From: Ascoidea asiatica JCM 7603
Taxonomy: Eukaryota > Fungi > Ascomycota
NCBI GenBank assembly: GCA_001600695.1
Contig: BCKQ01000015.1
Location: 196,552-260,551 of the forward strand
Length of the DNA stretch: 64,000 nt
Direction of reading: 5' to 3'
Below, in pieces: positions 1 to 13,760 of this stretch (position 1 is the stretch's first letter; every line of letters starts with the position of its first letter). The notes below the pieces were generated by a model. The model did not search any database. It was not told the origin of the DNA and saw nothing but the letters and a program-made list of their open reading frames with translations. The position numbers and the translations under genes are program-made.

Positions 1-104
1 CTCAACAACCTCCACGGCTGCCTACTCCTTAGGGCATCATATCAACCCTAAGGGCAAAGTATAGGTAACACCCTTGAGCGCCATCCATTTTCAGGGCTAG
101 TTCA

Positions 105-138
<34 letters not shown>

Positions 139-390
139 ATTCCAACTTCCATGGCCACCGTCCTGCTGTCTAGATGAACTAACACCTTTTGCGGTGTCTG
201 ATAAGGGTGTATTCCGGCACCTTAACTTCACGTTCGGTTCATCCCGCATCGCCAGTTCTGCTTACCAAAAATGGCCCACTAATAACTCATCATTCATTTG
301 TCCACGTTCAATTAAGAAACAAGGACTTCTTACATATTTAAAGTTTGAGAATAGGTTAAGATCATTTCAATCCCAAGACCTCTAATCATT
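1..390 (-). rRNA. RDN25: 25S/LSU rRNA fragment, probably a non-functional copy; runs off the left edge
   Basis: Reverse complement of conserved fungal LSU sequence. It contains the LR6 primer site CGCCAGTTCTGCTTACC (250-266) and TTGAGCGCCATCCATTTTCAGGGCTAGT. Homology stops abruptly after ...CCTCTAATCATT (390). ORF 113-385 is just the antisense reading of rRNA. Confidence 0.93.
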
Positions 391-1018
391 CAATAGAGGT
401 CTTCAAGATATTTCTTATGCTGATCAATATATGGCAAGATTTTGCGAATTTCAACATCCAAAATTATTTAAAGAACTAGAAAATACAATGAACTATTTAT
501 ATTTCTCAAAAGAAAAAGGTTTGATATTTAAAGTTGATAGTAATATTAATTTACTTGACATTTATTGTGATGCAGATTTTGCAAGTGATCTAAATACTAG
601 AAAAAGTAGTATCGGTATTAGAACAATGTTGGGAAATAATTCAAACTTTTCATGGCGTTATAAAGTGACTCCTCTTGAATGATCTTCATCAACTGAAGCT
701 GAAATTCAGGGATTGATGATGGCTTGTAAAGACGCCAGATTGTTAAAAGAAATCAAGTTGTTCTTAAACTATAATGTTAACCAAACTATTGATGCTTATT
801 GTGATAATGAAGCTGCCATAACTTTATCAAGAAAAGAAAATGTGAACTCTAGGAACAAACATTATGATATCCGATACCATGCCATTAAGGAAGATATCAA
901 CAATGGTACAATTCAAGTAGTTCACGTCAAATCTGAGTTAATGTTGATAGATATCTTAACAAAACCTTGTTCAAGAAAAGTATTCAAAAATCTTGGTGAA
1001 AATATTTTGAATTATTAA
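391..1018 (+). mobile_element. Ty1/copia pol 3' end (end of RT plus RNase H), degenerate
   Basis: Motifs QDISYA, YCDADFASDLNTRKS, SSSTEAE, YCDNEAAI, RNKHYDIRYH and DILTKP. One in-frame TGA at 680-682. Followed by purine-rich AAGGAAA and then TG at ~1044-1047, the likely 3' LTR start. Confidence 0.92.
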
Positions 1019-2619
1019 TTATTTTAAATACAAATTAAGGAAATGTGATGAATATTGCATCCTTAGCATTATTGTTTTTTAATTATAATTTGTTTTTGAT
1101 TATTGTTTTATTTTATTTTTTGTTTTTCAATTTGTTTATGTCACGTGTTTTTAGTACAATAAATGCAAATGTTAGAAAAGACGTTCAACATATATGGCTT
1201 TGGTTTTAATATCAAACATTATTTCGCCTGGTAATGAATTTAAATTGCCTTAACTCTCAAAGGGAAATTTAAATATTGTATATTAAAACTATCCTTATGA
1301 ATTAAAGTTTGTAGTTTTTTCTTTATATTCCCATTTCTTTGAAAAGGCAAGATTAATATTTTTTTGCAAAATGTAATTGGTTTATTAATTTGTTTCGATC
1401 ATTTAACGTAAAAAGTGGTTATATTTAATTGGCCAACTGCGGTGCTGCTTTTATTAACTGATTTTACTGGTCCTTGATTATTTTGTTCGATTGAACTTTT
1501 GGTTTTATCTCTTCAACATCCAATTTGACTTTGAGGTTATTTGATTTGGTTATTCTGTTTAATCAAAATTAATTTCCTCCTATTTTGTTTTTAATTTTTC
1601 CTACTAATTTGTTGGGTTTTTGGTTTTGTACATTAGTTTTAGTTTTTATTTTACGCATTAGTTTTGCTTTTCAAATTATTCTGAATCACTTGAATTTTCT
1701 TTTTTCATTTTATTTTATTTTATTTATCTTTTGTTTTGAATTATCTTAGTCTATTATATAGATTCGTTTAGTATATTATCTACATTTATTAATTTTATTT
1801 TACTAATATTAGTTATTATTGTTATTTATTATCCATTTATTTACTACTAAATTAAAGCTTTATTTAAGATCTCGTTTTCCATCTAAATGTTTTGAAATGC
1901 CTGTTTTAGGTCTCGAAGAGGAACGTAGCTTATTATCTGCCACGAATTCTCTTGAACAATAATAAACGAAAATAAACAGTAATGAATTTTGTTTATCTCA
2001 ACAAAAATGTAAAAGAAAGTAATAAATATTAATAAATAGAGATAAAAACATTAATAAATAAAAATAAAGTGAAGTAATTAGTAATGACTAAAATATTAAA
2101 CTATTGCATGAGAGTTGATTGGATGGCTGGTATAGTGACGAATAAAATTGATGGCATATGGATAGGGGAAATCAATTATTGGTTAACCCATTTACACTAA
2201 TAAGCCTTGACGTTTATTTGAAAGTGTCAATAAAATATCAATACTAAAAACTGTATTATAAACTTCCAATAATAAGTAAAAAATATTTAACTAAAATCTT
2301 AAAAATTGTACAATCTTTAAAATAGATATTTGATACAGTTATATATCAAAAAATTGAAAATGAAACACCGAAGTAATATCAGATATAAGAATGATACAAA
2401 ATTGTGTCAAAGAAAGTACAAATATTAAAAAAGAAATAAATATAAAAAAAAAAAACAAGAGAGGTAACTTTTTAGTAAGAATAATGAGAAAATGATTAAT
2501 GGTTACTTTGATTGACTATCGTACCTACTAAGATCTTAAACGATTAAAAAACGATCTTTGTGACCAGAATAACCGCCCACGCCCTTCTTGAACAAATTAT
2601 TTCGGAATGTTTTGTGAGG

Positions 2620-5600
2620 ATTTAGAATAATTTTAATTGATCTAAGGGATAAGGGGTTTTAAAAACAGTACCTGTTAATGCTTTGAGTACTACGGTTGTT
2701 GATAATGGTTTTTCAATTTTAAAAGGACCTAACCATTTTCGGTATGTTTTCCTTTGTGTTCTTTGGCCTAAATGGCATTATGAACAACTAAAAGATCATT
2801 AATTTTGAATTCATATGACTCAACCTTATTATTTGTATCAAACACAATTTTCTTTTGCATTTTTCTGTTAGTTGAATTGGTTTCTGATATCTCAAGCTAA
2901 GGTTTTACGGATATTAAACCTTGAACTGTTTTTACGATCCAGGTGGCTAAAGTTAATTTTTACGGTTTACTGTTCAGTAACTCAATAAGATTATCCATAT
3001 ATAACGAAGCACCGAATCCATAAGTAAGACATCCAGGTGAATAACCAATACCTCTTCTAGTTGTCCATATATCAAAGCAAGATCAAATACTCAAATTACC
3101 TGACCAATTGGCATTACCTAACTTCCTGAGTGGTCTGTATATTGATAATTGAGAACCTTCACTTGTAGCATTGGTTTCAGGATCCAAATTAGAAATAATT
3201 GTTTGTTTAATACCAAGGTTTGAGCATATTTCATGAAACTTCTCATTATTATATTCTAAGCCTCCATCTGTCATAAGTTCCACCGGAGTTGCATATCAGT
3301 GAATCATTTCCTCTTTAACATTTGACAATTTATTTTGAATTTAATGTTTTAGAGGCCAATCGTTCAACATATAGTGTATGAGGATCTCTAAATAAAGTCA
3401 AATATATAAATCGATATTTCTCTTCAGATAACATAAGTGTTATTTCAACAATTGTTGAAAGCAAACCGTAAAAGATGTTCAAATTCAATGCAGGTTTTTT
3501 AAATTTGTGGGAGTAAGTAACAGTCATTGTCCACAGTTCTTTAACACATTATTAACTACCTTGGAACGTTTGGAAATATAATATTACCCTTCAATCTCAC
3601 CAAGTATTGAAGATATACTAGCGCGAGCTTGATGATGATAATGCATTATTAAACAGTATAACCAGAGACTGGTTCTGACTAGTCTGATAATTCCATGTGA
3701 TTTTTTATAAAGTTTTTCATTTGCCAAAGCAGCAAACACAAATTAAATGAGAATTTGATATATCAGGTAACTCAGAAGTTTCTGTTGAATTAATCCATTT
3801 AGGAAGTTGATGTGTGCCTGGGAAGTTAATTATATCTTTAACTGGAATGTTTTTAAGCATGTTGATATTATCCTTCAAAACGATAGTCATTATTCGCCAT
3901 TACGATGTTTTAAATAGATGTATTTTAGTTTCATTTAGTTTATTCAACCCGATTAATCTTAGCTGATTTGCCAGCATCAGAAAATCAAAACTTTGACCAC
4001 TTAATAATTCAACCTCTTTTGAAGAAACTAATGATTCACTTTTATCTTCTTTTGCCGGATCATCCCGAACAAAATTTCATGCATTGTGGAAAAAATATCT
4101 ACTGGATTATCATTTCCTTTGAACATAAAAGATCTAATAATTAAATTGGGGTATTGTTATAAAAGCACTCCTAATCATTGTATTTGGTAGACTAGTTGGG
4201 TTAGCTCTATTATGTTACTGAACAGAATCATTGTTATTCGATAGTATGACATTATTTCCTGGGAGCTAATTTTTAGAGGTTTCAATTCACCTTTTTATAG
4301 CTAAAAATTCCAACTCATGAATTGGTCTGTTATTTTCACTATAATTAAATGAACCGGATTGAAATTTTAGTTGATATTTTTTTACAGTGTTTAATAAATC
4401 GGCCGAGATGGATTCCCACTCTTGCTATGGGATGTCGAACTGACACAATATACCAGACCATTCTTAAAATATAACATCTGTAACAAAAGCGGTAGTTCTA
4501 TCATTATTATAACCATCTAGATCATCATTATTGTTTACGTTCCTCTTTAATGATTCTAGTGCCTTAGTGCCCGAAATACTCCATTGGTTAATAATCTTAA
4601 TGGTATTTTTTACACTATGTTTTTTCTTAAGTAGATGATAAAAGGTCTTTGCCATATATGCAAAGGTATTAATAAAAGATCTGTACAAGTTTTGAACACC
4701 TAATATTGATCTAAGATCTTTAATTGATTCACGTTTTTTAATGGTTTAATTTTTGTACAAGCATTGCCTGGAAGTTTTCTTTTCGCACTTTCAAACCTAT
4801 ATCCTATATATGTGAAATCCTGAGAGCATAACTGAAACATTTCTGGAGATACTTTCAAACCATTTTCTTTTAAGACTTTTAACCATCGGACACTAGATCA
4901 ACATGTTCTAGAGCAGCTCGAGGATCGTCAGGTTTTGATTTTGTTCTACTATTTATAGCATTATCATCATCAAGTAAAACTATCTTATCTGAGTAGTTAA
5001 AGAGAACTTTCAGGATCATACCTATAAATATATAAGGATAATATACAAATCCTCGAGGTAGTGTAGTATATTTCCTTTTCCCGATTGGTGAAAAAAAGCA
5101 GTTCTACATCCAAAATTTGACGGAATAGGAAGCTTGGAGTAAGCATTTTGTAAATCAATCAGTTTCCCATATTTACAACTTGACAGTTCCATAAAAAACA
5201 TTTCAGTGGTATGATTTAAACCGATGGATTTTCTGGCATATTGGTTGACCTTTTTCAAGTCTTCTAATAATCTAAGTTTACGATTTTTTTTGTTTTTGAA
5301 AAAATATCATTATTATACACCGAGCTATAATCTGTATTTTGTTTTGTAGCAGTCATCTCTTTGCATTGATCAATGGGCTGATCTTTAATCGGTAATAAAA
5401 ATAGCATCCCCAGTCTTTTGCCAATGAGTTTAATTAGTAAAGGATTGATGACTTTTGACGGTTTTAGCCGTTCCAGGTAAGTCACCAGGAAATTGCAAAA
5501 CGGTTCTAAGATTTATTTCAGATATCTTCTTTTGAGGTTCAGCTCTAAGGTATGCTGCTAAGGTTTCAGCGAAAATAACACTATAATGATTATCAGTTAA

Positions 5601-8600
5601 TTTTGGGGAGTTAGCATATTTTTTGTTCAACCTCCGAGTTATAGATGTTTTTTTAAGCGGAACTATTACTATGTATAACTGTACGACCTGCTGAGAATTT
5701 TTTTTTGTTTCACAAAATAGAATATATAATTTTTACTTACTTACAAACTCTGTATTAATTAGTTAGCTCGTCGTAATCCACGATCTAACAAGAAAACTAA
5801 ATAGATTAAATAAAAAGACAAGAGGAGATATATTCCTTTTATATTAATTGTGGATCCACTACCGGGTTCCGAAAAACTATCCAGAATTTTCCAGAATTCC
5901 TCTCTCGAATCAGTTTGGGACGCAAGTTTAACTTCTAGAAACTGCTGAAAACTTGATAAGAAATCAATAAAATTCACATTTAAAATTTTACCATAGCAAA
6001 GAAATGAACCTACTTTCTGGCGCGGTAGATGAAACTAATTGGCCGAATAATGGTTAACCTTCAAGCCCGGACTTGCAATAGATTTTTAAGCGAGCCGCTC
6101 CTCTAGTCTCCTAATTATTCCCAGATAATTGGGTATACCCAGTAATAATTATAACTTCTGTCACAATCACACCGGACTTAACCAATTCAACCGTCCAGAC
6201 GGCGTCCATGCGTAGATCCCATAGGCCTTTCCGATTTATCTTCTATCCAGATAGACGTTATATACTAACCCCTCTTTTTTCTCTGTATCCTATTGAGTGG
6301 CTTAACTTTGATTTGCTCTTAAAGGTTCTACTATGGCTTGTACGAATGTGAAGGTCTTTTCTACTTTGTACGCTATACTTGGCGTAAACAAACATGTCCT
6401 ATACCATGTGACAAGATTATACCGTGAGATCCGAGTATCAGGTTTTAAGTGCACGGACGGAGGAAAGGTCTTCTGAATTCACGTAAGATTCATGAAACGT
6501 AGTTCAACTTTATGAATATTTATGCGTAAACTTGCATGTCTATGCACCATTCAATGTATCGACAATATTTTATGGGACATGAGTGACTTACGTCTACTAT
6601 AAACACGCGTTTTATATTTGTTTTTTACCACCGATCCTGTTACCACCAATATAAACTCTAGCATATAGATCTGTGTTATTTCCAACCCAAATCTGATTAA
6701 GTAGCCAACCAGCCAGTTTCCTACCACCAAGATTCTGCGTACAAATATCGGCAGAGTTTTTATTTGACTACAGATATATGCAAGATTATTAAAAGTATTT
6801 GTCAATAATTCATTACTATGTCAAATTCTCCTTAAATCCTTTCACGGCTAATTTGGTTGCCCGGAAACAAAAAATTTAAATTGCCCGACAAGGGGTTTAT
6901 TATCCCAATAAATACCTAGGCTAGTTAATTCAAAAGTCAAATCCTGGAAGGTAATCAAACTACTAAAGGTTTTTTCAATTGATCTAGAAATTCTGAAAAG
7001 CTCTTGATCAAACCACTACAAACATGTTTCAGAAATTATGTATAATATTGTTTCGCCTTGCATCCATTAAGAATAATTAAATAACCAGAGTAAGCAGAAG
7101 ATAATCTAGTAAAAGAAGGGTCTGAATAAACATTAACAAAGGTAAAGATATTTTTACAAGATATACTAGGGTAGAATGTTATAACCGATTTTAATTATCG
7201 ATATAAATATTAGAAAACTGGAAAAAATTCTTGAAAGGCTAGTTTATTCGGAGAGGACATGTCTCTTGATCATACCCCAAAATAAAAACATTATCAATTC
7301 TAGTTTTACTAGCGATATATGTTAGATTTCCAAGTAATAGTTGATAGAATTTAATAGAATTATCAATCAAGGCAATATTGGAAACCAAAATACCACTAAG
7401 ATTTTTTTTAGCTCTTACCAAGGAAGTTAGCTGTAAAAGTCATCAGTAAGTAGAAACGGTTCCTCGTTTAGTGTATGAGCTAATAGTGACACACTTAAAA
7501 GAAAGTGGTTTTGATGAACCTTACCTAATTTGTTCAGAAAGAGCGGGATAGAGATTCAATCAATTTTAATAGGTTTTGAGCAGTTTAACATCGTATTTCA
7601 TACTTTTTATTATTCAGCTCAAACGCTGTCAATTAATTAGGTTCCCAATACCTAACTGGAAATTATGGGTCCATATTTTTGTCAAATAAATTTGGATCTG
7701 GTACTATCGCAATTATTTCATCAACATGATGTTTAGAGTACTTTTCAATAGCATTGCCCTTGAGGCGAAAATCATTGAATGCAATAAAATAAGTGAGAGA
7801 TTTTGTTTATTGAAATAACTTACAGAACTGAAGTAGTGAGTTACTAGGAACATAATATTGATTAAAAACATGTAAATATTTTGAGAGGCAAATATCACTG
7901 AAGAGTTTGGGGCTTTCCCCAAAAACAAATGAGATGTTCGAACAGGAGCATTGATAAGGGCACCCTTAATATCAAATCTACATAATTTCTAGTTTGAATT
8001 TAACAATCTGATTAAGAGAGCGATAACAGTAACATTTTTCAATACTGAACTTGAACTACACAAGGATTTTGAACGATTGGGATCGACAAGGGTGAATCTT
8101 CCTTTAGCTTCCGAAAGAAAATTGAAAATTACTTCCCAATAGAAAATCCAGAATGAAATGAAAAATTTAGCATTACTGCGAACCGAAGCATTAAGAGATT
8201 TAAATGCGTTTACTTGCAAAAACTTATTAGCTTCTTTGGTAACCGGTGTTTTTCAAACTGGTTGATTAAAGGTTTAATCATAATTAGTAGGGACTGTATG
8301 TATAGGCTTAGGAGAAATTATGACAGGTAAAAAAAACTGTACTCCGAATTTACAAAGTAATTGAACCTATAATGTTTGGCTTATTTAGCGCTACGCGGTA
8401 AGTAGACCATTTTAAAAGATTATCGGAAATATCGTAGTTAAAGTTACCTAAACCTCTAAAATCGGATCTGGTACTGCAATAATTTTATTATTATCAATTG
8501 AAATACAACAATATAGGTTGGAAACCACATAGAAAAGACTATAATATTGAACCACTTTGGCTCTGCTAATAACATCCAACTGTGAACAACCCTGCAGCAA

Positions 8601-9750
8601 TATGGGTAAGCAGGATAATTTTAAGGTAGACCCATCAGATAACTCATATGCACTTTAAGATGTGAAAACCTGAACTAACCCATTAGGAACTGTACTTGTA
8701 TCTAAAAATGACCATGGAAAATGGGCAACAATAGAATATTTTAACAGATCTGCTTCAATATAATCACGCATTTTCCTGTTTATGTGGAGTGCACGCCCTG
8801 AAGTTCTATTGATTTTTTAATTTCCTTTAAGTACATAAATATAGTGATAAACCATAAGTACTGATTCTAAAACATTCAGAATTGATACGTTTTAATTTAG
8901 CCAGGATAATAGCCCAACCTATTGTGCCCGTTCGCATATATTGGTTGATACCACTGGTTATATTAACATTTGACTAAACAACAACCGAATGAATGTATTT
9001 TGAATAGTGACCTATCAACAATACAACTAATTTTTTTCTTGTACTAACATCTATAAGCCCAAGGTTTCCATATGTAATTCTGCAAAAAGGTTTAATTGAC
9101 TGAGAGATGGGACTGTTAGCTTGGATCTCCTTTTCACTTGAATTACATCACCAACTAGCCATTTCTTTATAAAGGGACATCTTTCAGCGTTAATTTCAGC
9201 TATTAACTTTCCTGATCTTTTAACAGAGACATGACCAAATAGTCCATGTAGCCGAAAGGAAAATTTTCATTAAGCTTACATCAATGTGGGGTTCATGACA
9301 ACATTCTACTATACCATTATGTAATATATTATTATTATTATTATTGTTACTATAATAACATTATTAGGGATGATGCGTAAGAAAGTTCAAATTGTTCCAA
9401 TATTCATGAACCCTAGGATTAACTAAATTAAGATTAAGAGTTGCCAACCATCACATACAGTTACCATAAGTAGAAAGTGAATGATGCCTCATAAAACTAT
9501 GTAACCTCTAAATCCTACAAGTTGAAAAGCATGGATAATACTTAGGTAATAAGTAAACTGTTAATAAACACAAATTTACTGACAATGGAGTAACAAGATC
9601 TTTCCATGTATCTTTACTATCGGATGTAACAGGGACAATTAGAAAGTAAATGTTATTTTGAGTGTTTTGGCTATTAAACAATCATAAAATTAGTTTTTTT
9701 TATGTTATTAGGACACTATTTTTCAAAATCTTTTCAAGCATCGGGTTCAA
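2620..9750 (-). mobile_element. Ty3/gypsy retrotransposon internal region (gag-PR-RT-RH-IN), heavily degenerate and interrupted by an LTR at 5689-6687
   Basis: Minus-strand fragments in gypsy order: decayed Zn knuckle FRLHGLFGHVS (~9220-9265), protease-like ILLQGCSQLDVIS (~8570-8610), RT IDLQNAYSKLPI...RTAF and LLDDD (~4960-5170), RNase H PIHELEFLAIK (~4295-4330), integrase ELMTDGGLEYNN (~3250-3285) and GPF motif RKWLGPFKI (~2715-2745). Confidence 0.85.
5689..6687 (-). repeat. LTR family A copy 1 (diverged), nested inside the gypsy relic
   Basis: Reverse-complement match to 9833-10867 at both ends (TGCTGAGAATTT... and ...TATAGATCTGTGTTATTTCCAAC). No clear TSD. Confidence 0.8.
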
Positions 9751-9832
9751 GATAATTGTTGATATCATTCATCAATTAAACTAATTCAAATAGAGTTCAA
9801 GGAAAACTAACTTCATCATCAAGCGATTTATT

Positions 9833-10867
9833 TGTTGGAAATAATAGAGATCTATATATGCTACGGCATATATTGGTACTAACACCATAGGTGGTGAAGG
9901 TTTAAAAGACACCTATCTATCGTAAACGTAAAAGAATTATGTATTCTGCAGTAATGTCTGTACACTATGTATAATTATGCATAGATATGCATAATTAGGC
10001 ATAAATATACATATTGATGCATATTGTTGCATTAAGTTGCATGAAAAATACATCAATTTACATGACCTTGCATGAGTCTGTGTACAGGTACACAGATACT
10101 CGGATATCATGTGATATTCTAGTTACATGTCCTTGGTCATGTGTGCTTACGTCGGGTATATCGTACAAAGTAGAAAAGACCTTGAGATTGGTACCAGCCA
10201 TAGTCGTACAACCTTTAAGGGCATATTAAAGCTAAGCCACTCGGTACGAGGAGAATTAAAGCGGAGTTAGGATTTAGCATCTATCCGGATAGAAGTTAAA
10301 TCCGAAAGGTCACTCGCATCCAGGCAGGGACGCCTTGTGGGTTGCTATATTGGCTAAGCCTACTTTCATTTGAGATAAGGTATAATTCTCACTGCGTCTA
10401 CCGAATTGTCTCGGAGTAAACAGGAGACTAGTGGAGATAGTCCCGTAAGGGATCTATTCCGAGTACGGCTTCGGGATTAAAGATTACTCACGGCAATTAG
10501 TGCGATTGTCTACCCCACTGCAAAGTGGGCTGATTGGTTTTACTATAGTAAAATTGAAATATGAATTTGAATTGATTTCTAATCAAGTTTTCAACCATTT
10601 TTACAAGGTAAACTTGATTGCCACCCTGATTCTACGAAGGAATCCTGGGACTTTTGGGGATTCCCGAGAATTCTCGATAGTTCTGCGGGACGCCGTAGGA
10701 ATTCTGAATTAATATAAAAGGAATCGATTTCCTCTTATTTTTTTATATAATTTATTTAGTTTTCTTTTTAGATCATCGGTTAGCACGAGTTAATTGATTA
10801 ATACATAGTTTGTAAGTACGTAAAATTTATATATTCGATTTTGTAAAATGAAGGAAAATTTACAACA
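9833..10867 (+). repeat. Solo LTR, family A copy 2 (1035 bp)
   Basis: Begins TGTTGGAAAT and ends ATTTACAACA, with a perfect 5-bp TSD TTATT (9828-9832 and 10868-10872). TATA-like TATAAAAG near 10713. Colinear with 48555-49588. Confidence 0.95.
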
Positions 10868-11980
10868 TTATTGAGAAGTAAGGCTTGAAGAAGAAAGTCC
10901 AACATACAAGACTCAGTGATTGTATGAAAACGACAAACTAGTGTCTACTTCTGCAAACATATCTTACCGCAATTAAGTCAAATCAATCCATGATACAAGC
11001 TTTATCCCTAGAAGAAGGTTTCGGTTTTTCAAATAGTTTAATAATTGCTGGAGATGTTCCAGAATTAGTTTGTTTTACTATGGAAATAAAAACTTGAATA
11101 TATTATGTTCTACGGCATCTTCTAACAATTGTTGACGAACATTTCAACTTTTTAACTAACCTTATGCTTTAAGTGGGACCTTCAACTTTGCGAATTAATA
11201 GTTGCCAAATACCATGAATCATCAAATTATCTAGATGAGACATATCTTGAGATTAATCAAGTATTGTGAAAGAAGTTGAAGAAATCAACTTATGGTTATT
11301 ATTTTTTAAACCAGACAATTTATCTGTTAAATCTTTAAAATTTTTTTTTCAGTTTGAAATGATTAGTGAAAGTTATATGCACAATGTGGAAATCTTCTAA
11401 GCTAAAAAAAAAAATAAAAAAATTAAAATAAACCATATATAACACCAACTTTTTTTTCAAGCACTATTTTAAAACCACGTTCACGAATACTTATAGTATT
11501 TTTTAGAATATAATAAATTTGAATTGAAATTAAGGTTAAAAAAAAAAAAAATTTTTTCTTTATTATATAATGAAACAAGACACGTGCAAAAAAGATTCTT
11601 TTTTTTTATGGTTCCAATAGTAAACAATTTTCAAAGTGACTTTTAGTTTTATTTAGTAAGCATTAGTAACAGCCTGATTCTCAAACAGAAAAATACTAAC
11701 AGCATTTACATAATTATATAGACAAATAAACAATTCTATCTTTCAACGATATCCGTTCTTGTTCTAATAGAGTCAGTGGGCAGTTTAAATCACGAACTTG
11801 ACAAAGTCGTGTGAAACAAAAAATTGAAGAACACCCTAGAACAATTTGAAGACGATTAACAGAACAATAATGCAACAACGGAATTACCAAGTTGCCCATT
11901 ACTGCCAGTTTTCGATCAAATTCATTGTAGTACAATCAGAAGATAACGGGATGTCCTTAAATCTCAAAAGGTTATGTTCC

Positions 11981-13034
11981 TGCTGAGAAATTTTATTAAA
12001 AGATTTAATAAATTCTTGACAAGAATGCTTTTACTCTGTATATCTCCAATTAAGGACTGAGTTCATATTCTATAGGTAGTTTAACCACACTAATATGAAC
12101 TGATTTCTTTTATTAAAATAAAGAAAAAAAGGTGTTCAAAGAAATTTTTTTATAATAAACATCAAACAAGCAACAAAGACAACACGAACATTCACTACCG
12201 AGACCGCAAACAACCGGCAAGGTCCTACGGATTTCTAGAAGGAAACGGAATGGAATAGAAAACAAAAAAACAAAATATCCGAAAAGGAAGGCATCTGGAG
12301 GTGGTTTTTAGCAGTTTGGCAATGTCGGCCTGGATCCAAGAATTTCCCTACATTCCCATATTAACCCCATATCCGGGAATTTATTTGCTCAATTAGTTAA
12401 GAATCCCCTAGAAGCCGCTAACCCAAAAGCCGGATTCCCAAAGAATTTATCGGGATTCCTCAATAATAGAAAATTCTAAGATTCAAAGATTGGGGTACAC
12501 GGCAGGAAATAAGGTAGGCTGTATTTCCTCTATTGAAAAATCCTTGCTCGTAGTACGGCTAAAAGTTGCAGCCTATTTCACCAAATTTATATGGAATCCT
12601 CGGAATTGCTAACCTGATTCAACACTGAAATAATAACGGCTTCCAAATTGAACAATTTTCCGGGGGGGTTCGAAGTGCTTATATTTTGATTGCGTTGTGC
12701 ATCAATCAGTACAATTGACTAATCAATCACATGGATATTGTCGCAAATACCCTGACTTACCCTCCTGGTATGTTTGGTTCTGAGGGATCTGGGTTGCGCG
12801 TTCCCCTTTTTTGTAGTGTAGAAATCAAAAATAGCACCGTGAAACAGAGTACTGTAAAAAAAAACTTTGAAATACGACAAACTCTCGGAAGAACTGTTGT
12901 ATTGACAATTCAACACGAACTCAATGTCACAGCTGAGTACTGCGAACTATAGACATTTGTGTTCTTTGGTCGATATGGTAGATGACTTGCTCGTGTGTTA
13001 TTGTGGCTCAGCCATGAAGTGGTTTGAAACCCCT
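11981..13034 (-). repeat. Candidate LTR-like element distantly related to family A
   Basis: Starts with the same CC|TGCTGAGAA as the copy at 5689 and has a similar GAATTCC/GGATTCC-rich central block (12230-12610). The right boundary is uncertain. Confidence 0.3.
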
Positions 13035-13760
13035 ACAAGTTAATTCGTTTTGTCAATTGTGACAGTTTTTCGTTTTTCTATTGAATCACTCTGAAAGAGG
13101 GTAATTCCAATTGCTCTTTCCTTTTGTTGCCTTTTTTTTTTCTCTTTACCTCCCCCCTCCCCATTCGTCTTTTTCGTCTCTTCCCTCATTTTCGTTTCGA
13201 GTGTGAACTCTAATATTTAATTGTACAAATAGAGGTATTTTCTCTCTTTTCTTTTTTTGCTTTTCTCTTTGATCAGAAGACATACTTAGTAAAATTCTTG
13301 AATAAATTAATAGGCCCTTCGTATACAATATCAGAACCAAATGGGAAATAAATGTTTTACATAATATTGAATGATGTAGAAAATGATTATAGATAAAATA
13401 TTCTTGTTTTTTAGTGTATAAAAATAATATATGCTAGTAATTAATATTTTCAAATATGTAAGAAAACTAGGTTATGTGAGTATTGTTATAACATAGTTAT
13501 TTAAAAATGTGGAATGAGAGACATATTTATATAATAATATATTTGTACAGAAGTAAAAAGTGTTGTAAATTGAAAGAAAGGATTTGCTTGAAAATCAAAA
13601 TAGAAACATAATCTCCCAAACAATGTAAGCTGGAAGAAAAATTGTAAGAAATACATGGAGGAACGTAAATATATCACTAATAATCAGCAATTGGTAAAGG
13701 AGTCTGTTTATGAGAAAATAAAAAATAAACAATCTCATTTGTTCTATTAGACACATTATA

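Noticed and set aside
113-385. 90-aa ORF
   Set aside because: It is the antisense reading of 25S rRNA, a common spurious hypothetical protein.
1140-1260. GTCACGTG (CDEI-like) as a point centromere; similar sites at 37160 and 39778
   Set aside because: No CDEIII CCG motif at a suitable distance. At most these are Cbf1-type E-boxes.
5670-5688. Primer-binding site after the LTR at 5689, which would make it a 5' LTR
   Set aside because: GGTCGTACAGTT matches no tRNA I can recognise, and gypsy coding fragments lie on both sides, so it is better explained as an insertion.
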